A stretch of DNA of 64,000 nt from Prasinococcaceae sp. CCMP 1430 (Eukaryota; Plantae; Prasinodermophyta). Within the stretch, counting starts at the first letter, position 1. Every line of letters starts with the position of its first letter. The notes beneath the pieces were generated by a model, which saw only the letters and a list, made by a program, of their open reading frames with translations, had not been told where the DNA came from and did no database searches. The stretch is taken from NCBI GenBank assembly GCA_013416795.1, contig RQSC01000005.1, positions 65,764 to 129,763 on the forward strand, written 5' to 3'. This document shows, in pieces, positions 11,271 through 21,036 of the stretch. The position numbers and the translations under genes are program-made.

Positions 11271-12130
11271 TCATTGTGCCTTAAATGAGAGCCTGGCCTC
11301 GACGTCTTCCCTGACGATGGCGAGCGCTTGCTCGTCAAGCTCGCCGAGTAGCGCCATCACTGCGTACAACACATTCGAAGATGTGGGAGGCGACCGAGAC
11401 GTCTAAAGACATTGCGAGTGCATTCACGTGCGCGCGCCAGAGTAAGCTGCTGTGGCGGTTGTGGCCGCGAAGTGAAAAGCCGGCGCGCATGCGTGCACCG
11501 CCACGCTGGCCGCGACGCTCGCACCTTCGTTGCTGGCGCCTTTGTTCTCACTGTCTGTGCCGGCCTAGGGGCCGTCCCCGCGCCCTGGTCCCCAGCCACG
11601 GCCTCTGTCCTCTCCGCGGCCTCGCTCTCCTCGAGCGCCGCCACTACGCTTGCTGGTAGCGCCACGCCCTCTGCCGCGCGCCTCTCTTCCTTGGTCACGT
11701 CCATGTTGTCGAGCTTTGTTAGGCGCGGCAGCAGACGCAGCACCGCGGAGCGGTATCCCTTGTCTTCTGCACACGGGTTGTCCGCGAGCCAGAGGACGCT
11801 GAGCCTCTTTAGGCCGCGCAAGTGCAACAACTCGCCGAGATCGGCCACGTGATTCTTGCGCAGGTAGAGCTCCTGCAGGCGCACGCAGTCCGCAAACGGG
11901 CGGAGGCTCGTCACTTTGTTGACGCTGAGGGATATAACCTCTGCGTTAGGCAAGGACGACACCAGCGACACGTCCGACAAGCCGCTGCCCCATAGGTTGA
12001 GGTTACGCACCGCCGACAGCGCAGCGCAGCGCGCTTTGTGTAGCACGAGCTTCTCAGTCAGCACCGCCGGCTTGTCAGCACCCGTAGCAGGTGGCGGCCC
12101 CACGGTTGCGTCGGCCGCGGCCGCTGTCAT
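11271..12130 (-). CDS. CFAP410: Cilia/flagella-associated LRR protein (C21orf2/CFAP410-like)
   Basis: VRNLNLWGSGLSDVS...ISLSVNKVTSL...LQELYLRKN...LWLADNPC...YRSAVLRLLPRLTKLDN. After intron 11403-11524 comes the conserved C-terminal helix pair SNVLYAVMALLGELDEQALAIV. Confidence 0.85.
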
Positions 12131-12898
12131 CGCTGCCTGCGACGTGCCCAGCCGCTCTGAGACGCCCTTTCGCAGCTCCGCTCTCCCAACGATTTGCAAC
12201 GCGCGCCCGTCCGTCTCCCCGTAATCACCGCGACCACCACCCCGCCCGACCCTCCCCTTGCCTCCACTCAGAGCCACCCCTCGGGCAGCCGCGCGTCTGC
12301 CCCAGCACGAGCCTGATTCGAGTGCGCACTCGTGCGCGCCTTGTTGCAGTCGCTGGCGCCCCGTCCGTGCCCACGGCGCAGGCGGCCGGCAGCGCGCCTG
12401 GATGCCGCGTACGCGCGCTGTGACGCGCGCGGCCGCGAGCCCCGCCCTCACAGCTGGAGGCATGGAGCCGAAGGCCTTCCAACAAGCAGTGCGGCGCGCC
12501 CTCCCCCAACCCCCCTCACGCCACCCCAACCCCCACTCCCACCCCTCGCCCGCTCGCCCGTTCGTGCCGCGCGCTGCCGGCCTGCTGCTGCTGTGTTGGG
12601 GAACGAGCCCCCCCCGCGGCTCGCGCTCGCCCTGGAATATGGACCCTACATTTCGCATCCCCTAAACACGCGTAGCGCGACGTCAATAACCCTAACCAGG
12701 ATCCGCGATGAGGAGCGGATGGAGCGGCGCGCCGCGCACACAGCGCGCGCGCGGCGCGTGCGCGCGCATGCCCGCGTCGCTCGTGAAGCACAGCACGCAC
12801 TTTCTCTAGACCCGGGCGCAGCCTCGAAGGCGCCGCCTTAAAACAAAAATACAGTCGTTACGCCCCAGGGCTCGGGGGCCGCGCGCGCCGCGCCGGCT

Positions 12899-14059
12899 AT
12901 GGTGACGCGCGCGCGCACCGCGGAGCTCATGCTGCCCGACCACTCGAACCCGGCGGGCAACGTCCACGGCGGAGAGATCCTCAAGCTGGTCGAGAACGCG
13001 ACGTGGATAGCCGCTTCGCGGCACGTCAACGCCAAGCGCGTGAGCGACGGCAGCGGGAATGACGCGAGGGCAGCGCTCGTGCCCGCGCTCGTGCGCCTGG
13101 AACAGATGCAGTTCCTTCTCCCCGCCCACGTTGGCGAGGTGATGCAGCTCGACGCACAGGTGGTCTTCGCGTCGGCGCGAAGCCTGTGCGTGGCGGTGAC
13201 GGTGAGCGCTGAGGCCGTATTGCACGGCGATCCGCCACGCGAGACCAACTCGGCGCTTGCGTGGTACGTAGCGTACGAGGCGCAGGGCCCCGACGGCACC
13301 ACCTCGCTCGCGCCGCAGCGCATGCCGCCCGTGGACGCAGCGCAGCTTGAGGGGCGCTTCGCGTGGTGGGCGCGCGAGGCCAAGCGACTGTATCACGCCA
13401 GGAAGGGCGGTATTGTGCGCTCGGCATCTGTAGAAACCATGCCAACCGCGCCGCCGTCGGGCGCAAACGGGGAAAGCGCGCCAGGCCTCTCTGTTGGGGC
13501 GATCGCGGCACAGACGGGTGGCGCCCAGCTTCGCCCGCCGTCATCCGATCTCGGCGAAACGCGCGCACCCGCCGAGAGCTACACCGAGCTCGCGCGGCTG
13601 CTGCTGCCGAGCGACTGCGTCAGCGGCGGAGTGTGCCGCGGTGGAGTCTTGCTGAAGCTCATGGACGAATGCGCGGGCGTGAGCGCGTACAGACACGCGC
13701 GCAAGGCGGGGGTGGTGACGGCATCTGTGGAGGCCGTGGACTTCGCCTCGGCTGCGCGCAACGGCGAGGTCGTGCGCCTGGTCGGCCAGGTAGCATACGC
13801 GAGCTCGCGCTCGCTCGACGTTCGCGTGCGCGTATTCGTGGACCACGGCGCTGCAGGGGGTGAGGTGCATGTCGCATCCTCACATTTCATTTATGTCGCC
13901 CTCGACGAGAATGGCGCCGTCACCACGGTGGCACCGCTCGCGCCCCAGACCGATGCCGAGCGCACGGCCTTCACGGAGGGCGAAGCGGCCTATGCCGAGA
14001 GGAAGCGAAAGCGCAAGGCTGAGGCGCAGGCAGTAGACGCGTGCGCGGGCGGCCAGTAA
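12899..14059 (+). CDS. Tandem HotDog-fold acyl-CoA thioesterase (ACOT7-like)
   Basis: Domain 1 DHSNPAGNVHGGEILKLVE and domain 2 SDC...GGVLLKLMDECAG, followed by VVTASVEAVDF. Confidence 0.85.
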   Translation: MVTRARTAELMLPDHSNPAGNVHGGEILKLVENATWIAASRHVNAKRVSDGSGNDARAALVPALVRLEQMQFLLPAHVGEVMQLDAQVVFASARSLCVAVTVSAEAVLHGDPPRETNSALAWYVAYEAQGPDGTTSLAPQRMPPVDAAQLEGRFAWWAREAKRLYHARKGGIVRSASVETMPTAPPSGANGESAPGLSVGAIAAQTGGAQLRPPSSDLGETRAPAESYTELARLLLPSDCVSGGVCRGGVLLKLMDECAGVSAYRHARKAGVVTASVEAVDFASAARNGEVVRLVGQVAYASSRSLDVRVRVFVDHGAAGGEVHVASSHFIYVALDENGAVTTVAPLAPQTDAERTAFTEGEAAYAERKRKRKAEAQAVDACAGGQ

Positions 14060-14237
14060 TTCATGCCGTGGCAGCACTCCGCGCACTGGCTCTCGGTCCC
14101 CTCAGTTAGAGCGCTCATACGTCGCACGCCACTCTGGAAGCAAGCGGGGAATGGAACAGCTTGCGTTCTCGTCACGCACGGCGTGCTCTCGTCGTGCTCT
14201 CACTCGCTATGCTCTCTCAATTCGCCAAGAGCCTCAC

Positions 14238-14645
14238 TCACTGCGCCTTCTGCTCGGCGTCGTACCTCCTCTTGAGCACCAGAAGCAAGGCCCCAGATGC
14301 GTAGAGCACGGTCACGTCACCGTATGGCATGACGTGTTCCCACTCCTGGCGCCAGTCCATGAAGGTCTCCACGAGCATGACCGTGGCGTGCGAAAAGAAG
14401 CCGCCGTAGATGGCCCACGTCAGGAGCATGTCGGCGCCCCGGATGTCGGACGCGCCGGCGTACAAGGCGATGCCCAAGGAAACGTACGTGACGAGGATCA
14501 TCCATTCGTACTCGTATTGGTTTGGCTCCCATAAGTAGCCGTGGCGAAGGACGTAGAGAAGCGGCGCGAGCCCGAAGACAAGGGCGGCACCCACCGCGCG
14601 CATGCCCAGCGAGAGGTGCGCCTCGGCGGGCGACATTTCGGGCAT
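14238..14645 (-). CDS. Small 4-TM membrane protein, DUF6632-like
   Basis: Intronless 135-aa ORF from ATG 14645 with WEPNQYEYEWMILVTYVSLG...HATVM...GDV, resembling a bacterial uncharacterised family (recalled, not searched). Confidence 0.6.
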   Translation of the reverse strand: MPEMSPAEAHLSLGMRAVGAALVFGLAPLLYVLRHGYLWEPNQYEYEWMILVTYVSLGIALYAGASDIRGADMLLTWAIYGGFFSHATVMLVETFMDWRQEWEHVMPYGDVTVLYASGALLLVLKRRYDAEQKAQ

Positions 14646-15000
14646 GGCGGCAAGCGCCAGCGCGAGGCCTTGACCGTCAGTGGCCCGCCGATACTCTTCG
14701 CGCCTCCTCCTCCACCGCCCAGCCGGTCCCAGCTCCCTCGCCCGCCCCTGGCGCGACGAGCACGTCCGCGGCCACGCCCTGCTCCACGCGGCGGCAGGGC
14801 GCGGGCGGTGATTGCGTATGAGAGCCTCCCGGTCGAGAGCGTGTGCCGCCTGCGCAGTGCCCGCACAGGACCGCACCGCACGACCATATCGCGCGAGAGG
14901 CGCCGCTGCTCCCCGCCTGGCGGGCGCCGGGAAAAACTCGCGTGCGCTCACTTTCTTTTTGACCTGACTGAGATTGTCCGCGGGGACGTGCGCGAGCTGC

Positions 15001-16506
15001 ATGCGATTTGACTCGGGTTTCGCCGGATTCAGTTCAATTCGGCGCGCGTTCCGCGGCCTAGGCGCGAGGTGGCCGCGATCGGCAGCGTGCGGCCGTGAGC
15101 GCGCCACGGCGCCGCGCGCGCGCGCTGCTGCGGCTCCGCTCGGGGTGTGCGGCGCGCGCGGGGCGCGGCGCCGGCGCGCTGCGCAGGCGGGGACGCGGGG
15201 GCGACCTCGGAGGCGACTGATGTCGCCGAGGAGACCACGGATGCCACCGATGGTGCGGCTTCTACCGCGACGGTGACCGAGGAGCCGGCCCAGGCCGCCG
15301 CCGGGCCGGCGATCCAGACCGACGTCGCCCGGTGGAACAGCGTCGAGCCCAAGACGTTCGCGGTGGGCAGCTCGGACCAGCTCCCGGCGCTCGTCGGCGG
15401 TGGCATCGGCGCGTTTTTGCTGCGCGGCGGCATCGGCGCGCTTGCTGAGGGTTACAACGCCGAGGTCGTAGACAACGACCCGAGCCGCTACTCCATCGCG
15501 CGCCTGCCCGGCGGCAAGATGCTCAAGGAGACGGCCAGGACGACGAGCGGCGCGGCCGACGCCTTCGCGCGCCCGTCTGAGATGCTCGTCGTGTACGAGT
15601 TCCAGAGCTGCCCGTACTGCCGGTGCGTGCGCCTGCGAGGCATTGCGCATCCATCCAACCACTCGTGTCGACTAGACTGCCGCGCCGAGCCTCTGCTGAC
15701 GTGACGACCGCACCCTGCCCTCCCGCGGTTGGCGCCCTCCGCCCGACGACCTCCCGCCCGAACACAACTCCGCTCTATGCGAGTACAGGAAGGTGCGCGA
15801 GGCCATCAACGCCTTGGACCTGGACGCGACCTTCTACCCTGTCACCGACCGCTCGGGCGCTGAGGATAGCTTCCGCGTGAAGGCGAAGGAGCTAGCGGAC
15901 CGCTACGGCCTCGAGGGAAGGCAGCGCTTCCCTTTGCTGCACGACCCCGGCGCCGACAAGGCCATGTACGAGTCCGACGGTGAGCAGCAGGCGCGCGCGC
16001 GCGCGCGCGCGCCGAGTGCGCTGCCAACACCAGCTGCTTGAGCGCACCAGCATGCGCGTGCGCGACGCTGACGCGCAACCCCATCCGATGCCCTCTTGCG
16101 CCCAGACATTATCGCCTATCTGGTCAACAAGTATGGCGGCGGCGGGGAGGTGCCGCTCATGCTGCGGCTGGGCCCCGTGACCACGCTGACGGCGGGGCTG
16201 GCGGCTCTCGCACGCGGTGGCGCGGGTGGCAGCTACACTGCGTCCGCGGGCGCTGCGCGTCCCGATGCACCCATCGATTTCTACGGCTACGAGCCCAGCC
16301 CGTTCAGCATGGTCGTCCGCGAGAAGCTTTGCGAGCTCGGGCTGGCGCACAACTGGTACACGACGCCCAGGGGCTCGGCCACCAGGGACATCATCTTCGA
16401 GAAGACGGGTCGCTTCCAGGTCCCTTACATTGAGGACCCCAACACTGGTGTCAAGATGTTCGAGTCCATTCAGATCGTCGAGTACCTCGAGGCCACCTAC
16501 TCGTAG
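15001..16506 (+). CDS. Tandem GST-N/glutaredoxin-like thioredoxin-fold protein (plastid-type), spliced
   Basis: YEFQSCPYCRKVRE, QRFPLLHDP, MYESDDIIAYL, second domain YGYEPSPFSMVVRE...FQVPYIEDPNTGVKMFES. Introns 15095-15186 (inferred, gives ATG 15001), 15623-15788 and 15980-16105. Confidence 0.85.
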
Positions 16507-16684
16507 ACCGTACGCGCGCCGTGCGTCCGCTCAATGCTGGCGGCGCGTGGACGTAAGGAGAGTGCGCTCTGTACATATACCAAATGAATGAATAAAAACA
16601 GAGCACGCGCGCGCGCGCGCGCGCGCTCGTATGGTACGCTCTCGTATGGTACATCGGCTCGCTTTGTGCGAGAGGGCGCGGGGC

Positions 16685-18321
16685 TCATCGCGTGGGGTGG
16701 TCCGCGACCTCCTCGTCTCTCGCGGCGGCGACTGCGTCGTCACCGGTGCCGTCGACGTCAGTTTCCTCACCGTCCTTGTGCTCAGGCGGCACAGCCCCAC
16801 CCAAAATGGGCGCGTACACGCACGCGCTGGTGGCCTGAATGCACGCTGTCACCAGGAATGTGAACCCATAGCCATGGTGGTCGCACAGGACGCCGCCGAG
16901 CGCTGCGGAGCCACACCAGCCGAATTGGCTGATGCTCTCGAGCGACTTCCAGCGCGAGCGCTGGGACGCAGGGCAGGTGTCCATGAGGATGGACTCCTCG
17001 AGGGGATACGTAGAGTTGATGATGCTCGTTCGGCAGAGATAGAGCAAGCACATGACGATGGGGTGCTTGACGATCGAGAACTCGCGCGCGTACTTCTCCA
17101 GTGCCCACATGCACAGCAGCAGAGAGATGCCAAAGAACTTGAATACCATGATGGAAGCCACGCGTCCACCGAACACGTTGGCCGCCACGTGGCACAGGTG
17201 GCTCGCTGGAGCCATCAGAAGAGGCAGGCACGCATAGATCGCCTGGACCTCGATCGGGGTGAGCCTGAGATCCGAGAGGAAAAAGAGAGGAAAGAACTTG
17301 GTCGTCATTCCACTGCCAATCGAGATGAGCACCGTCCCCAGGAACATTATCAACGGCACGCGTCGCGTGTGGACGCCCATCCAAGACGTGCCGTGCTCGA
17401 GCATGGTCATCGAAGAGGAGCTGTCGGCCCGGTGCATGCCCGAGGTGCCGCCAGCCTCGTCCTTAAGGTCGCCCTCCGCGTCATCGCCGCCGCCAAGGAG
17501 CGGGTCCTCCAGCTCACCCGCGGCCTGTTGCCGCCGCTGGCGGCGGCGCTCGGCGGCTGCGTCGAGCTCGTCGTCTTGTTGAGTGCGCGCAAAGCCCAGC
17601 ATGGCGGCGCTCGTGGGCCACTGCAACGCGAAGCCCACGCACAGCACGGTCTCGAGCACGTCGATGCCCCAGTGATTGCCCAGCCGCCAGAACAGGCAGA
17701 TCGCTACCAGCGGCCCGCACACGCTGGAGAAGAGATAAGCAGCGAATAGGAGGACGTACACCTCGGAACGCCTGCCGGGAGGAGTCTCATCGGCGAGCAT
17801 GGCCTGTATGGGGCCCGAGACCACGCCGCCGAAAAGCCCCTGCAGCGCGAGGCAGCCCGTGAAAGCGTAGTAGCGCGCGTGGTCCGGCATGGGCACGAGC
17901 ACGACCGCCATCGTCACGGTGGTCGCCAGCGCGTAGAGCACCCCTCCAATCTTCGCCAGCTTCCGCCGTGAGATGAGCTTATCGCTGATGTAGCCGATGG
18001 GAAGCGCGCTGATGAGCACGGCGAGCCCGTTCGCCGCCTCGGCGTAGCCAACGCGCGTGTTCTATTGCGGCAAGCGCGAGCGCGACACACCTCGGGGAGT
18101 GTCAGCCGCGCCCATCGGCGCCCACGCGGTGCGCCGCGCGTGCGGGCGCGTGCGCGCGCCGCGCGCGCGCCACGCACGTTGTTTCCGGTGAGCGCGTACA
18201 GGTACGCCGCGCACACGGTCCCCGACCACACGCTGTCGCTCATGCCCTGCAACGCGGCGACCACGATGACCAGCTTCGCGTTGCGCGTGAGCTCACCCCA
18301 GACCTTCACGAGTTTGGACAT
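16685..18321 (-). CDS. Major facilitator superfamily transporter, spliced
   Basis: About 12 hydrophobic segments; MFS motif A-like PIGYISDKLISRR; GPIQAMLADETPPGRRS; ILMDTCPASQRSRWKSL. Intron 18062-18177 joins TGNN-NTRVGY. Confidence 0.88.
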
Positions 18322-18943
18322 GGCTGCTGCACCCCGCGGCTGGGGCGCGCGAGCGCCGGGGCGGGCGTACGTGCGAGAGGAGGGGCGCGCGCGGGGGGCG
18401 GGCGTCGTCAGGGGCTTCGCCGCGGATGCGCCCGCGCCGGTCACGAAGGATGAGGTCCTCGAGTGCCAGAGGGAATGGGCGGACGCGATCAAGGCCATCA
18501 GCAGGGCGTACCTCGACGGGGGCGACTTCGTGGGCGTCGCGGGCGAGGCCGCCCGCCTGCTCTACGGCTACGGCAGGTGTGACGTGCTCTTCAAGCCCAC
18601 CAAGGCCGCGGAGGTCGCCTTCCGCCCCGAGCTGGCAGGCGCCGTGTCGTACTTCGTCGGCGCGAGGAACGTCGAGGAGGGGGGCGTCGCCGAGGACGGC
18701 GGCTTCGCCATCAACTGCGGCAAGGGCTGGCGCGACGTGGTGTTCACCAACCACAGGATCGACTGCGCCGCGGACACCGCCGTCGCCATGGGCTCGTACG
18801 CCTTCACGTGCGCCGCCACCGGCGAGCGGACCGAGGCGCACTACACCTTCGGCTACAGGCGCAACGACGACGGCAGGGTGCGCATCTTCCTGCACCACTC
18901 CTCCGTGCCGTACTCCCCGGCGCCCGCGCGCGCGCCCGCGTGA
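18320..18943 (+). CDS. COG4337-type (iota-class) carbonic anhydrase with a possible organellar presequence
   Basis: EVLECQREWADAI...YGY...VLFKPT...FRP...GAVSYFVG...EDGGFA...VFTN...AMGSYAF...YTFGYRRNDDGRVRIFLHHSSVPY matches the COG4337/NTF2-like iota-CA pattern, including the C-terminal HHSS. Confidence 0.85.
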   Translation: MAAAPRGWGARAPGRAYVREEGRARGAGVVRGFAADAPAPVTKDEVLECQREWADAIKAISRAYLDGGDFVGVAGEAARLLYGYGRCDVLFKPTKAAEVAFRPELAGAVSYFVGARNVEEGGVAEDGGFAINCGKGWRDVVFTNHRIDCAADTAVAMGSYAFTCAATGERTEAHYTFGYRRNDDGRVRIFLHHSSVPYSPAPARAPA

Positions 18944-19261
18944 GGGAGGGAGGGAGGGAGGGAGGGAAGCGCCCGCCGGCACCCCGAGGGGGGCATCGAG
19001 CGCGCCAACGACGCCGATGTGCGCCCAGACGCGGCGGGCGGGGTTGACGGCGTCACACACACCCATGCCCCCACGCACACACACACACAACGGCGGGGGC
19101 GGCCGCCAGCGCCGCGGCGGGCGCTGAGGACTTTGGGTTCAGAATATTTAAGGTTAATATTATATAGGGTTAAAAAGGCGATGATAGGCATGTGAGTTCC
19201 ATTCCTGGATGAATTTACCCACGGGAGAGACTGGAAAGAATATGCTCACAGCTCGCGCAGA

Positions 19262-19274
19262 TTCGCACACGCAC

Positions 19275-19327
<53 letters not shown>

Positions 19328-19530
19328 CACACGCACACACACGCTCACACACGCACGCAGCGGGGCCACGCCTGAGGGCGGACGCAAGGGTGGTGTCACA
19401 CGAGCGCGCGTACACGCGCGCGCGCGCACGTGCCTGCAGCCGCACGCGTGCACGAGCGCGCGCGTGTGAGCGCTCGCACGTCTGTGTGTGTGTGCGCGCG
19501 TGTGCGTGTGTGTGACGCCGCGTCGCGCTC
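19262..19530. repeat. (GT)n/(CA)n/(CG)n microsatellite-rich tract upstream of the SDR gene
   Basis: A pure (GT)n run at about 19278-19325, followed by mixed CA/CG runs. Confidence 0.9.
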
Positions 19531-19534
19531 TGCG

Positions 19535-20185
19535 ATGGCGTCCCTCGTGGGTCGGCTGGCGGGTCGCGTGGCGCTCGTCACCGGCGGCGGCGCGGGCATC
19601 GGCGCCGCGGCGTGCCGCCTGTTCGCGCGCGAGGGCGCGAAGGTGCTGGTGGCCGACGTCGACGGCGAGAAGGCGGCGCTCGTGGCCGCGGAGCTCGAGG
19701 TGTGTGCGCGAGCGCACGTGCGCACGCGAACACACACACACACACACACACACTCGCTCACACACACAGACCAGTGCACGCTCACACGCACACGCGTGCT
19801 CAGATGCGCGCGAACACGCATTCTCACACACGCGCCTCTACACGCACACACACGCACACACACACGCACACGCACACGTCCGTGTATGCATAGGCTGTTC
19901 ATGGCGCTGGCGTTGCGCTCGGCTTCGCCGCGGACGTGTCGAAGGACGCCGATGCCGAGGCGATGGTGGCAGCCGCCGAGCGGCGCTTCGGGTCGCTCTC
20001 GGTGCTCTTCAACAACGCGGGGGTGATGCTGGGGAACGACTCTGACGCCGTGAACACCCCCGAGAAAACCATCGACGAGACGCTCGCGGTGAACGTGAAA
20101 GGTGTGTGCGCACGGCGCGCGCTCGCGTGCGCGTGTGCACGTGTATATGTGTGTGAGTGTGTGGTGTGTGACATGCGTGCGCGCG

Positions 20186-20245
<60 letters not shown>

Positions 20246-20846
20246 CACCACACACACCACACACACACACACACACCACACGCACACGCACGCGCACGCG
20301 CACGCGCACGCTGCTGCCACGAAGGGGTGTTGAACGGTTGTAAGTACGGCGTGCCCGCCCTGCGTCGCGCGGGCGGCGGCAGCGTGGTCAACACGGCGAG
20401 CTTCGTGGCGAGCGTGGGCGCGGCGACGCCGCAGGTGGCGTACACCGCCTCGAAGGGCGCCGTGCTGGCGCTCACGCGCGAGCTCGCCGTCGTGCACGCG
20501 CGCGAGAACATACGCGTCAACGCGCTCTGCCCGGGGCCGCTGAGGACGGAGCTGCTCATGAGCCACCTCGACACCGAAGCCAAGCGGAGGTGTGTGTGTG
20601 TGTTGTTTGTGTGTGTGTGTGTGAGAGAGTGTGTGTGTGTGTTGTGTGTACGCGCACGAGCGTGTGTGTGTGTCTGTGCACGCATGTCGGTATGTGTGCG
20701 CGCGCGCATGCGCAGGTCCGTCGGCCGGCTCACTCTCGTTGCGCGAGCGCTTGCGCGCGCACACGCACACGCGCAGGAGGCGCCTCGTGCACGTGCCCAT
20801 GGCGCGCTTCGGCGAGGCCGCGGGTGCTGACGGCGGCTGGAAGTGA
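19535..20846 (+). CDS. Classical short-chain dehydrogenase/reductase, spliced, with an abbreviated C-terminus
   Basis: VALVTGGGAGIG, LFNNAG, VVNTAS, YTASK, NALCPGP. Introns 19700-19893, 20102-20324 and 20590-20776. Confidence 0.88.
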
Positions 20847-21036
20847 GCGGCACTACCAAACCTTCCGAGCCTGGTCCATGTGACAACCCGGTGCAATTGC
20901 AATCGGTAAGACTCCATCTGTTTAATTTCTTGCCAGTATGACCCCCGCGCCTGCCCACGTCCACCCTGCTTGCACGTGGCCCAATCGACTGTACAGTAGA
21001 CTACAGTGTGTATTTTACATCAACAATTGTACGCAT

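Noticed and set aside
19396-20964. His/Thr- and Cys/Val-rich ORFs over the SDR locus
   Set aside because: Translations of (CA)n/(GT)n intronic microsatellites.
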